Source: a virus. Taken from it: a stretch of DNA of 64,000 nt. Below the pieces are notes generated by a model that was not told the origin of the DNA, did not search any database, and was given only the letters and a program-made list of their open reading frames with translations. The translations under genes were made by a program, and so were the position numbers. Positions 27,888 through 37,621 of the stretch are shown one piece after another (positions within the stretch are counted from its first letter, which is position 1; each line of letters opens with the position of its first letter). The stretch covers positions 44 to 64,043 of IMG/VR virus record IMGVR_UViG_3300031088_000796. One strand, given 5' to 3'.

Positions 27888-28040
27888 CTACAGGAGAATG
27901 TTCACCTGGCGCAAGAGCGCGCGGAGGGCTTTGTGGAAGGCGTTGGCGCAACGGGAGCATTGACCCAAGCTACCGTCGAGACGCTGACCATCGTGCTGGA
28001 TGATGCCACCACCGCACGAGAGTTAACGCTGGAGAGCTAA
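27888..28040 (+). pseudogene. 5'-truncated remnant of a small helical-protein gene
   Basis: Open frame LQENVHLAQERAEGFVEGVGATGALTQ...ES* with no start codon after an in-frame TAG. Confidence 0.45.
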
Positions 28041-28045
28041 GCCGT

Positions 28046-28240
28046 CTATGCGCCTTGCGCTTTGGCGGCCCGGTCCACGCCTTCGGCCAGGATTTGTGCG
28101 GAGGTGCTGAGTGCGCTGTAGAGTTTTCCCAGCTCCAGTTCGGGAGTGCTGGACGTCGTGCGCTGGTATTCGGCGTACAACCGGCGAAAGTCACGCAGCG
28201 TGTCCAACTCGTGTGGGGTTAGGTCAAGGATGATGCGCAT
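28046..28240 (-). CDS. small hypothetical protein
   Basis: MRIILDLTPHELDTLRDFRR..., 64 aa. Confidence 0.5.
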   Translation of the reverse strand: MRIILDLTPHELDTLRDFRRLYAEYQRTTSSTPELELGKLYSALSTSAQILAEGVDRAAKAQGA

Positions 28241-28391
28241 GGCCAAGCCTCGCAATGGGTGTGAGAGCAGTCAGTGTTGCCCGTCGTAGCGCAATAAACA
28301 AATCCCCCGCGCACTCGAAAGCATGCAAAGCGCGCCCACGGCGCCGATAGCACCGCCGGGATAATTTGCCCATGTCCTATGAGGGTGAGCA

Positions 28392-28688
28392 ATGATTCCC
28401 GAAGCCAGGTTCTATCTGGAGGTGCGTAAGTTCGCACTAACAGAACCATCCTACTCGTCCCGCCGCCAGGTCGTGCGCAGCTTCCCCAGCGAGCGCTATC
28501 ACCTGCCCATGCTGGCGTTGAGGGTGTATGACGATGCTACCGAGGTTCTGGCCATCCAAGCCGCTGCGGGCCTGTCTACAGTCGATTCTGAACTGGTAGA
28601 GCAGGACGTGGTGCTGCCTACTAGGGAACATCTGGCTTACCTCAAGCAAAAGGCAGGTCTCACCACCGCCGTGAGGTCCGTTCGCTGA
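28392..28688 (+). CDS. probable baseplate/tail protein
   Basis: LALRVYDD...LAIQAAAGL...VVLPT resembles tail-X-type proteins; starts the structural block. Confidence 0.55.
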   Translation: MIPEARFYLEVRKFALTEPSYSSRRQVVRSFPSERYHLPMLALRVYDDATEVLAIQAAAGLSTVDSELVEQDVVLPTREHLAYLKQKAGLTTAVRSVR

Positions 28689-29779
28689 TGGCTGTCCGGA
28701 AGAAAAAACGTAGTGCTGTTGTAGCACCGGCTAATAGGGCGGTTTCCGACGCGCGCAAACGTTTTGAGGCAGACCGCGCCCGCAGGATCGGTGACCAGGA
28801 CAGGATCCTGTCTGCCGACGACATGGCGGGGCTGTATGACCCAAAACGAGGGCTGTTCACTACCCTGGGCGGGCAATTCCGAGTCGTCACTACCGACGAC
28901 TTATTGGCATTCCGCGCGGCGGTTAATGACATCCAGCGGCGCCACGGTCAGCGCGAAGGTAACGTGCCGGTGGTGGGCGCCAGCGGCGGGATCCTGGCCA
29001 AGCAAGTGATCAACCTTTCGGCGCCGGAAGATCGGCAACGGGCAACACGAGAGATTCACACCGTCATTCCCGTGAGCAAGCAGGGCGGCGTGGTGCACAT
29101 CACTACAAACTCCGGCCCAGGTTCGGACGTGGCCCGCCACCACGTCAAAGTCCAGTTTCTAGAGTACGACAAGGTTCTGGCCGACGGCACGACGTCCCTT
29201 GAGGCTGCCAAGCGAATGCTGGCGGGCAAGCTGAAGTTTGACTGCGACTGCGGACGACACACGTTCTGGTACCGGTACATCGCCAGTATCGGGAACTTCA
29301 ACTACGGACGGCCTGAGGACGGTTTCCCCAGGGTGCGTAACCCCACCATGCGGGGCATTGCGTGCAAGCACGTCATCCGGGTCATGGCCACCATCACCGC
29401 AGGCGCGACCTTCAATCTGTTCGCCAAGAACATGATTGAAACAGGCCGCAAAACTTTGAGCGGCAAACAGGTCGCGGTATCTGTTGCGGAACAACAGAAA
29501 TTCGTAGAAAACGTGCTCAAGGAAAGAAAGAAGTCCAAGCGGGGCGCAGTAATCAAGACTACGGATGAACTGAGGGAACAGCGCAAGGCCCAGCCGTCGT
29601 ACCAGCGCCAGATTCAAGCCCGCAAGGAGGCCAACGAGTTGGCCCGCAACTCGAAAGCTGCCAAAGTCATACGCTCGACATCATCCCCGCAGCACCAGGC
29701 CCTAAGCGCAATGATGAAAGCCCAGGGCTTCACTGATATTCAGATCGCCGCCGCACTTAAAGCCGTGGCAAAGGCATAG
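28688..29779 (+). CDS. phage morphogenesis protein with SWIM-like zinc finger
   Basis: FDCDCGRH...GIACKHV. Confidence 0.6.
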   Translation: MAVRKKKRSAVVAPANRAVSDARKRFEADRARRIGDQDRILSADDMAGLYDPKRGLFTTLGGQFRVVTTDDLLAFRAAVNDIQRRHGQREGNVPVVGASGGILAKQVINLSAPEDRQRATREIHTVIPVSKQGGVVHITTNSGPGSDVARHHVKVQFLEYDKVLADGTTSLEAAKRMLAGKLKFDCDCGRHTFWYRYIASIGNFNYGRPEDGFPRVRNPTMRGIACKHVIRVMATITAGATFNLFAKNMIETGRKTLSGKQVAVSVAEQQKFVENVLKERKKSKRGAVIKTTDELREQRKAQPSYQRQIQARKEANELARNSKAAKVIRSTSSPQHQALSAMMKAQGFTDIQIAAALKAVAKA

Positions 29780-29788
29780 GGAACCGAC

Positions 29789-30307
29789 ATGCTCAACAAC
29801 GTGGCGATCCAGATCAACCGGGCAAATCGACAACGCACGCTGCGTGAGCCCAATTCCATCCCGTGTGTACTGTTCACCAAGAAGGTCACACGGGTCAGTG
29901 ATGATCAGACCTATGACGGTGCCCCCACTATTGGTGGCCTGGGCATCATGAGTGATGAAGACGAAGCCGAATATGAGTGGGTGGAAGCGTGCGAGGCGAT
30001 GCTCAATTTTTCGCAAAGCTATGCGGCTTCCGTGGGTAACACCTCCGACGATGACAGCCGCCTCGACTACGCAGAAGGCATGATTGAGGCGTCTATAGAG
30101 CCCCTTGCAGAGCCCGGTACCGCAGAGTACGTGCAGCCAGACAAACGTATGCTGATCGCACTACTTATGGGCGAGGGGATAATCATCAATTTTGAGATTG
30201 TCGACGTGACCGGCTCCGTCAACATCCCACCCTACACCCGCAAATACCTTCTCAATCTGCGCCCTGACGAAGCAATGAGCGAAGCCCTGGGTCTCGACGA
30301 CTACTAA
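29789..30307 (+). CDS. probable virion structural (head-tail) protein
   Basis: Position before the portal; acidic, 172 aa. Confidence 0.5.
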   Translation: MLNNVAIQINRANRQRTLREPNSIPCVLFTKKVTRVSDDQTYDGAPTIGGLGIMSDEDEAEYEWVEACEAMLNFSQSYAASVGNTSDDDSRLDYAEGMIEASIEPLAEPGTAEYVQPDKRMLIALLMGEGIIINFEIVDVTGSVNIPPYTRKYLLNLRPDEAMSEALGLDDY

Positions 30308-30387
30308 GAAAGGGGCAAACCCTCGGCCAGCCGGGGGTTCTGGCGTCTGTACGCTTAAGGTTAATCCAAGCCTTAGTGTGTACGTGA

Positions 30388-32028
30388 ATGGCTAATTCAA
30401 CTGATCAGAAACAGGGCCTGCTGGCGCGCTTGGCCAACGGTACCCGAAAGGCTGCTGACTTGATCTTGGGCGGCGAACTCTCTGACATGACGCCCGGCCA
30501 GGCAGCCGACCAGGCGAATCACAGGCTTGATGCCGTGCCAACGTTCGATGCCGAATACGTTGGCATGGAAATGATGCTGGGTAACTCTGGCAAGCCGATG
30601 CGCACGCGTTCGCAGATTTACATCAAGTACCACTTCATGATGCAGGAAGGGCTCATTTCCACGGCCCTGCGTAACAACGTCCAAATGGCGCTGGGCGGAC
30701 ACGAAACCACTGGCGAAACGATTTTTATCGAGCCCAAGCCAAAGATCAGCAGCGCCGACAAAAAAATGGTCGCCGACCTGGCGGGCGTGCTCAAGATGCT
30801 GAATGACAGCGCTCACTCCATGTCCTTCAACGCAGCAGGCTTCGGTGACGGGTATGCACGCGCGTACACGGTACCCAAAAAAGGGGTTATCGCCCTCGAC
30901 CACGAAACTATGTTCCCGCCACTGATACAGCCATATGAAGAGCTTGGTCGCACCGTCGGTTATGTAGTGAATGTGGGCGAAAAGGGCACGAGCCGCATGA
31001 GTCATCTGGATATCGTGCGCATGAAAATGCCGCGCATGTTGATGTTGCCGCAGATGAAGGCCATCGAAAATGCCCAAAAAATCAACCTGGAGGCGAAAGA
31101 CCTCACACGCATAGTGCCGCTCCCAGCACTTGTGGGTGGCTCGCTACTGGAAGCGGCGGAGCACGATTTCGACAACCTTTACGCTGCCTTGCGTGGCCTA
31201 GTGGGTCAACGTATTTCAAGCTCAATCGAAGAGGTTCTGTTGGCTCTGGACCTATCCGACACAACCAAGGAACAACGAAAACGCATTATCGAGAACACAT
31301 CCAAGATGATTCTCGCGATGAAGGAGCGGGCCGAAAGGCAAATCAGTGAGGGTGTCTACTCGACAGCGCGAAACTTCAACATCATGCCGGTGTGGAGCCA
31401 AAAGCAACTGACCCAGGTAAGTAGCCTCGCGTCAGGCGCCAGTGGCCAGAACTTGAACGTCGAGGACGTGCTCTTTCATGCCAAGAAGCTGGCGGGCACC
31501 CTCGGTACCGACATTTCCATGCTGGGTTTCGCCGATCAGTTATCAGGTGGCCTGGGCGATGGCGGGTTCAACCGCACCAGCAGCCAAGGTGCCGAACGGG
31601 CCAGGATGCTGCGTACCAGCTACACCAAGATGGCCAATGACCTTATCGACCGCCACATGCTGGCCAAGTACGGTTTCTGCTGGCCTGACGCAGAGCGCCC
31701 CTACACCATCAACTTCTATGGCTCGATCGCCGCGCTTGAGGCTGAAAAGCAGCTCAGCTCCGAACGCGCCATGAACAAGGCCGCCATCCTGGTCCAGGTG
31801 CTGGCGCAAATGCGCGACGTGGGCATGTCGGAAGAAACCAACGCTTTCATGCTGGCCAAGACGGCAGAACTCGACCAGGAAGCCGCCGAGGTCTACGCCA
31901 AAGGCCTGGCCAACGCAAAACCGCCGCCACAGCCAGGCTTTGGCGGCGGAGACAATGACATGAATCTACCGCCGCCTGGTGGTACCGACAGCAACAACGA
32001 CGAAGAAGGGGACGATGGCGATGAGTAA
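30388..32028 (+). CDS. Portal protein (P1 Prt-like)
   Basis: 546 aa, FGDGYAR, LAG.LG.D.SMLGFAD.LSGGLG.GGF.RTS, acidic tail; adjacent to the protease as in P1. Confidence 0.75.
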   Translation: MANSTDQKQGLLARLANGTRKAADLILGGELSDMTPGQAADQANHRLDAVPTFDAEYVGMEMMLGNSGKPMRTRSQIYIKYHFMMQEGLISTALRNNVQMALGGHETTGETIFIEPKPKISSADKKMVADLAGVLKMLNDSAHSMSFNAAGFGDGYARAYTVPKKGVIALDHETMFPPLIQPYEELGRTVGYVVNVGEKGTSRMSHLDIVRMKMPRMLMLPQMKAIENAQKINLEAKDLTRIVPLPALVGGSLLEAAEHDFDNLYAALRGLVGQRISSSIEEVLLALDLSDTTKEQRKRIIENTSKMILAMKERAERQISEGVYSTARNFNIMPVWSQKQLTQVSSLASGASGQNLNVEDVLFHAKKLAGTLGTDISMLGFADQLSGGLGDGGFNRTSSQGAERARMLRTSYTKMANDLIDRHMLAKYGFCWPDAERPYTINFYGSIAALEAEKQLSSERAMNKAAILVQVLAQMRDVGMSEETNAFMLAKTAELDQEAAEVYAKGLANAKPPPQPGFGGGDNDMNLPPPGGTDSNNDEEGDDGDE

Positions 32029-32935
32029 GCGCACGGGCGTTATTCGCTACAACTTGAACGACACCGGGCGCACCTACACCGGCCAGCCGCGCAAGATCGA
32101 CATTGACGCCGCCATGCGCTTGCTCAACGGTCCAGCGCTTCAGGAGTCAATCCGTAAGGGCGATGTGGTTGGCTACATAGGCCACCAGTACCGTGAGAAA
32201 TTCGGGCTCGACGTCCCGGAAACGGTGATTGTTGACGGCAAGGAGGTAGTGCTGGAACCGGGTGTGCGTACGATTTACATCAAGTGCTATCCCAACGGCG
32301 ATGTGGAGCACGAGCAGGAGTTTTTGAATAGCGCCCCTGGGCGAGTCGGGCAGCGCCTGTGGGATAGCAAGGCCTACGGCTTCAGTTCGGCCATCTATGC
32401 CCCTGAAGAGGGCGGCGTGCGGGTACCCAAGGGGTATTTCGGCATGGACCTGGTGCGGGCGCCAAACTACGACAACAACCGTGGGTATGCGGTGATGCTC
32501 GATAGCGTGACCCCTGGGGCATTCGCGGAGACCGACACGTTTGCGTCTGACAGTGCGGCGCTGCTCGACTCCGTAGACATGATGATCAAGGAATCTGACG
32601 CCCACGCCGCCAGTATCTGCACTTCCTACCTGGAACAATGCAAGGCCAATGATGAATTGGTCGAGTTCAATGCCGTGTTGCTGGAGAAACTGGCCAAGGT
32701 CGGTATCTCGGCGCCGATGCTCGACAACGCGCCGACAGTCATGGAGCGCGGCATTTCCATGGATGAGGGCACGGCCATGCTCGACACAGCCAATCGTTTT
32801 ATGGCCAGGGATGACCTGCCTGGCTATCAGGAACCGTCGGACAAGGACGATAAGGACAAAAGTGCGATAGACACGGTCACCAAGGGCGTCAAAGCGGCCA
32901 TTTCGGTCATCGGCTCCGTTATTCAGGGGCGCTAA
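32021..32935 (+). CDS. Prohead protease (P1 Pro-like)
   Basis: Y.GHQYR, VEH.QEFL, GFSSAI, GMDLV..PNY..NRGY. Confidence 0.7.
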   Translation: MSKRTGVIRYNLNDTGRTYTGQPRKIDIDAAMRLLNGPALQESIRKGDVVGYIGHQYREKFGLDVPETVIVDGKEVVLEPGVRTIYIKCYPNGDVEHEQEFLNSAPGRVGQRLWDSKAYGFSSAIYAPEEGGVRVPKGYFGMDLVRAPNYDNNRGYAVMLDSVTPGAFAETDTFASDSAALLDSVDMMIKESDAHAASICTSYLEQCKANDELVEFNAVLLEKLAKVGISAPMLDNAPTVMERGISMDEGTAMLDTANRFMARDDLPGYQEPSDKDDKDKSAIDTVTKGVKAAISVIGSVIQGR

Positions 32936-32940
32936 TCACC

Positions 32941-35859
32941 ATGGACCAGCTTAAGCATGACCCGGAGTCCGGCTTTCTACGCGGTGAGAGCATCGCTGAT
33001 GAGATCGAGCAGCTTGCGCAGGAGCTGAAGCTTTTACGCTCCATCGATGCCAACACCAGCGATATCGCCAAGCGTTTGGGCCAACTGGGTACAGCAAACG
33101 CGCCTATCTTGCCTGAGCCCGCTGGCGCGAGCCGTGCGCCAACCATCGTCAACAACACAGTAAATAGCCCCGAGGTGCCGCGTGCGACGTCGGCGGCCAG
33201 GGTTCGGGTACCGGCGCCGACATCGCCGACAGCTCGGGAACAGTCACCCGCCAATCCTGCTGGCGACTGGCGCAAAAATGTGATCGTTGTGAATGGCCGC
33301 GACGCCGTATCTCCGCGTCCGCCAGGTACGCGTGACGAATCGGGCCGCTTCACCACGCGCGGGCAAAACAAGGACGAGGACAAAAGCGTAGAGCGCCCAA
33401 CGTCCGAAAGCTCGGCCAAGTCGATTGGCGGGGCTATTTCCTCTGCGGTGCGCGATGCTTCGCAACGGATGACATCCGACGTCGACAACGTTGACCCAAC
33501 GATTCAAGCAGCCAAAGAGGTCAGCGGGATCCTTTCGCCTGTTTCGGCACTGGTTAAGCCGTTCGGCGCCCTGTTTGGGCGTGGTGATGACGCCAAACAG
33601 ACCAAGGAGCACCGGGAAAGCATTGGTTGGCTGCGCCGCATCTGGAGAACGCAGGCAGACGGCAACAAGATCAAGGGGCGCGGCCTGGGCGGAATGCTCG
33701 GCATGTTGATTGCGCCGCTCATGGCGCTTCTGTCGGCGTTGATGTTGCCGCTTAAAGCCTTGGGACGCCTGCTTGGTATGGGTGGCCTGTTAAGAGCTGC
33801 CGGAAGCCTGTTGGGAGGGCGCCGTGGTGGGCGTGCCCGTGGCCGTGTGGATGCTAGTGGGCGCCGCACCCGTAGAAGCGGCGCCGATGCTCGCGACACC
33901 CGCAGGCGGTGGCAGGAACGAGCTGCCGCCCGAAACGGCAACGGCGGCCCCTCCAGATCCGGGGGCCCAGCGGCTAACGCCGGAACACCAGGGCAACCCG
34001 GCACTGTAGCCGCAGGCGCTCGTGCGAGAACGCCGGTTCCCGGTGGCGCCCCTCCTGCCGCTGGTGGCCCGCGCCCTGCCGGGAGGCTTGGCGGTGTCGG
34101 AACGCTGACCAGAGGGGCCGGTGCGGGCCTTCTCGGCATGGGCAAAGGCCTATTGAGCAAATTGCCTGTCTTGGGAGCCTTGTTCGGCGTCGGCATGGTT
34201 GCATCCAGCGCGATGGCCAACGATGACCCGGAACTGTCCACTGACGAAAACAAAAAGAACAAGTGGGGGAATGTTGGCGGCGGTGTCGGCGGGCTGATCG
34301 GCGGCGTGGCGGGCCTGGTTGGTGGCCCTGCTGGTGCGATTGCAGGCGGCATGTTGGGTGACGCCATAGGATCAGCGGTTGGTGAGTGGCTATCGACAGT
34401 AGACTTCAGCAAGGCTGTTGAGAGCATTTCCACCGCAGCGGCAGGGTTCGCCGATGTAGCAATTAAGACGGCCAGTGCCGCGTTCGACTACGTCAAAGAG
34501 GGCTGGTTGACGCTGGTCACACTCGGCAGCAACACGTTCAGCAGTATGGCGGACTGGGCGCGCGATACCTGGAAGGGCATCACTGACAAGGTTGCCGACT
34601 GGAAGGATACCGTTGTCGATAAGGTGAAAAGTGCCTCCGACTATGTAGAAAACAAGGTTGATCGCGCCAAGGACGTGGGCTCCAACGTCCTCTACAAGGC
34701 ATCGGGTGGGCGTGTCGGTACCGGTGGATCTGCCGCAGCCAAAGACGAGATGATCAAGGCGATGGACGCGGGGGGCATCACCGACCCTAAATCCAAAGCG
34801 ATGCTGATGGCCAACGTGGACCACGAATCAGGGGGGTTCACGCGTAAAGAAGAAAACCTGAATTATTCGGCCAAGCGATTGCAGGAAGTCTTTCCCAAAT
34901 ACTACAAAAATGCCGAAGACGCCCGCACGGACGCCGGTAACCCTGAAGCGATCGCCAACAAGGTCTACGGCGGTCGAATGGGCAATACCGAGCAAGGCGA
35001 CGGGTTCAAGTACCGTGGGCGGGGGTCCATACAGTTAACCGGCAAAGCCCAGTACGAAGCGATGGGCAAGAAGCTGGGGATCGACCTGGTGAACAATCCT
35101 GACCTGGCGATAGACCCTAAGTACTCGGCGCAGATAGCTGTAGAGCACTGGAAAAGCTCAGGAGCCGACAGGCTGGCCCAGGCTGGCGACGTTGTAGGTT
35201 CAAGAAGGCGCACCAATGGCGGCCTCAATGGTTTAGCGGACGTAGAAGGCAAGTACGAGGCTTATCTGGCCCAGGCGCAGGCAGGAGACCTGACGCCGAC
35301 CCGGCGTGCGGATGAACTGAGGGTCGCGGCACCAGCGGCAGTTGGCACTGCGGTTGCCAGCACTATGGCGACGGTCTCTCGCAGGGATAAGGGCGCTGCA
35401 CCGGTAGGTGCGACTCCTGCCAACACAGCGAACCCCATTGGGGTGCTGCCCATGGCGCAGCCTCGTGGAGCGAACATTACCACCCTGGCGGGTGCTCAGT
35501 CGGTGGCGCCGGTCGCTCCCGCAGCCGTCCCAGTTCAGAACGCCCAGGTGGCAAGGAATGCTCAAGCGGTCACGCCGATCGGCATCCTGGCAGCATCACA
35601 GGCCCGTGCAACAGCTGCGGTGAACACGTCCGCCCCGGCAACAGTGGTTACGCCGAGGATCAGCAGCTACGCACCAGCGGCAGCAGACTCCAGCCAGATG
35701 CGGATCCCTGCCACACCCGAAGTCAAAACGCCCACCGGCAGTGGGCGCAGCAAAGAAGGGGCGCAGTCCATCACCCTGGAGATGCCTTTGTCGCAGGACG
35801 TCAACGACCGTGGCATCGCACATGCATCCTCGGGCGGCATCGGTATGCGTCCCCTCTGA
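32941..35859 (+). CDS. Tape-measure-like protein with GH19 lysozyme domain
   Basis: Gly/Ala-rich helical region, then HESGGF...ENLNYSA.RL...IANKVYG.RMGN...DG.KYRGRG.IQLTG. Confidence 0.8.
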   Translation: MDQLKHDPESGFLRGESIADEIEQLAQELKLLRSIDANTSDIAKRLGQLGTANAPILPEPAGASRAPTIVNNTVNSPEVPRATSAARVRVPAPTSPTAREQSPANPAGDWRKNVIVVNGRDAVSPRPPGTRDESGRFTTRGQNKDEDKSVERPTSESSAKSIGGAISSAVRDASQRMTSDVDNVDPTIQAAKEVSGILSPVSALVKPFGALFGRGDDAKQTKEHRESIGWLRRIWRTQADGNKIKGRGLGGMLGMLIAPLMALLSALMLPLKALGRLLGMGGLLRAAGSLLGGRRGGRARGRVDASGRRTRRSGADARDTRRRWQERAAARNGNGGPSRSGGPAANAGTPGQPGTVAAGARARTPVPGGAPPAAGGPRPAGRLGGVGTLTRGAGAGLLGMGKGLLSKLPVLGALFGVGMVASSAMANDDPELSTDENKKNKWGNVGGGVGGLIGGVAGLVGGPAGAIAGGMLGDAIGSAVGEWLSTVDFSKAVESISTAAAGFADVAIKTASAAFDYVKEGWLTLVTLGSNTFSSMADWARDTWKGITDKVADWKDTVVDKVKSASDYVENKVDRAKDVGSNVLYKASGGRVGTGGSAAAKDEMIKAMDAGGITDPKSKAMLMANVDHESGGFTRKEENLNYSAKRLQEVFPKYYKNAEDARTDAGNPEAIANKVYGGRMGNTEQGDGFKYRGRGSIQLTGKAQYEAMGKKLGIDLVNNPDLAIDPKYSAQIAVEHWKSSGADRLAQAGDVVGSRRRTNGGLNGLADVEGKYEAYLAQAQAGDLTPTRRADELRVAAPAAVGTAVASTMATVSRRDKGAAPVGATPANTANPIGVLPMAQPRGANITTLAGAQSVAPVAPAAVPVQNAQVARNAQAVTPIGILAASQARATAAVNTSAPATVVTPRISSYAPAAADSSQMRIPATPEVKTPTGSGRSKEGAQSITLEMPLSQDVNDRGIAHASSGGIGMRPL

Positions 35860-35931
35860 TGGGCAAACCGTCGCCTGAGAGCGGCGGTTTTCTTTGCCAA
35901 CATGCGCGCAAAGCATTCTGAGTGCGCTCAT

Positions 35932-36249
35932 ATGGCCGAAACGTTAAACACTGACCTGATCTTTCGGATGGTCGCGCATTGGTGGAGCACCAAGCCCAAC
36001 ACCTACTACGGCAGCACCTACGGCAACCCGGTAGAAGACATGCTGCAAAAGCCGCTGAGTTCCCCGATCGCCGATTGGTTCCTGGCCAAGATGCTCAAAG
36101 ACATTCCCGTCTTGGGTGCTCTCCCTGCGGGGACCATCAACCTGTATGCAACGTCTGAGGGCGTTGACATAAAAAACGTCCACATCGAAGTGGCTGGGCA
36201 GACGTTGTCCCTTTCTGACCTGTCAGAGGTATCTCGTGGCAATTACTAA
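35932..36249 (+). CDS. probable baseplate wedge protein
   Basis: Directly before the J-like gene; YYGSTYG. Confidence 0.55.
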   Translation: MAETLNTDLIFRMVAHWWSTKPNTYYGSTYGNPVEDMLQKPLSSPIADWFLAKMLKDIPVLGALPAGTINLYATSEGVDIKNVHIEVAGQTLSLSDLSEVSRGNY

Positions 36250-37621
36250 AGACCAGTTTATTCAGGATGCGGTCAACGAGATCGCCAGCTATCCGACTAT
36301 CGCCAAGCGCTTCCAGATCGGTGACCCGCTGATCACGCAGAACCTGGCGTCCATGGCGGCCATGTTGGCGGACCTCAGCAACCAGGTGGAAGTAACAACC
36401 GGTGAGGTATACCTGAAGGCCCGTGACGTGACTGTCCTGGCGGACGCGTCCGTGAAGGGCGTGCTGCCATTCGGCTCACCCTGTATCGCGCTGGTGCAGG
36501 TGGAGAACACCGCAACTGCGGTTTTGAGCATTCTCATAGGACGGGTATTACGGGACCAAAATGGGCGTATGTGGCGGGTTTCAACCGGGGCACAAATCGC
36601 ACCAGGTGAGACGGGGGTTATAACGGCCCGCCAGGTGGAACTGCGCAGCATCATCCACGCCGTGGCGCAAAACCAGCCGTTCTACACCATCGAGCTGCCC
36701 GGCCCTGACGTCGGCTACATGGCTGAAGTGTCCGTGACCGGGTGGGACTATGCCCCGGAATTCTGCAACGTCGCAGACGGCGACCTGATGTATCACATCC
36801 AGACCGATGAGAATCAAGTGGTCAGTTTGGTGTTTGGCGTGAACGGCCTGGCAGGGTTGCAGCCCGCAACCGGTTCAAACATCACCATTTCCATCTACGA
36901 CACGGAAGGCAACATAAGCCCAAGTGACGGTATGGCGTTTTACTTTGAATACAGTGACGCGACTGAAAAAGCGGTCATGGCCCTCAAAGACGTGATTCAG
37001 GCGGGCGAGGCGCCCATGAACATCACCACCATGCGCGAAGTCTGCTCCTACCCTGGCATCTACAGCGAGAACGCCGTTTATCTCTCAAACTTCGACTTTC
37101 TGGTACGCAAACGACTGGGCGCCGTTACGTTCCTGAACGTCTGGAACGAACGCAGGGAGGAAGAGGTACGCGGCGCAGACGTTAAGCACATGAACAGGCT
37201 GTTTGTGGCGGCATTGAAGGAGGGCGTCAGCAAGGAGGCACTGGAGAACCAAATCACAACCATTATTCGCACCGCAGACGACAGCTACCGGATTGTGTTT
37301 GTACCAGTGTTGGAAAAGAGCGTGCCCTTGAAAATCACGCTGTACGTTCCTTCCACCTACGATGCGGCGGCGGTCAGGCAGGCGGTTCGATCATTGATGC
37401 TGGCGAACTACGGGCGGTTGTCGGCCTGGGCGAAGCGTGGTGACGCCAAGATGCTGAAAAAAGACCTGTACGACCTCGTGCGAGAGAACGTCCCGGCGCT
37501 CACCCAGCGTATCGCGGATGTTTCTGTGGACGTGATCGGTGATGACACTGCGGACTTACCTGAGCACTTCAGATACGTTACGGAAGCGAGCTTGGTCGTG
37601 AATACGGAGACAGCACGCTGA
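36236..37621 (+). CDS. Baseplate wedge protein (BplA/J-like)
   Basis: 461 aa in the baseplate block, coupled to its neighbours. Confidence 0.65.
   Translation: MAITKDQFIQDAVNEIASYPTIAKRFQIGDPLITQNLASMAAMLADLSNQVEVTTGEVYLKARDVTVLADASVKGVLPFGSPCIALVQVENTATAVLSILIGRVLRDQNGRMWRVSTGAQIAPGETGVITARQVELRSIIHAVAQNQPFYTIELPGPDVGYMAEVSVTGWDYAPEFCNVADGDLMYHIQTDENQVVSLVFGVNGLAGLQPATGSNITISIYDTEGNISPSDGMAFYFEYSDATEKAVMALKDVIQAGEAPMNITTMREVCSYPGIYSENAVYLSNFDFLVRKRLGAVTFLNVWNERREEEVRGADVKHMNRLFVAALKEGVSKEALENQITTIIRTADDSYRIVFVPVLEKSVPLKITLYVPSTYDAAAVRQAVRSLMLANYGRLSAWAKRGDAKMLKKDLYDLVRENVPALTQRIADVSVDVIGDDTADLPEHFRYVTEASLVVNTETAR

Noticed and set aside
33504-34433. 309-aa minus-strand ORF
   Set aside because: Antisense shadow of the GC-rich, low-complexity tape-measure gene; Pro/Ala-rich with no motifs.
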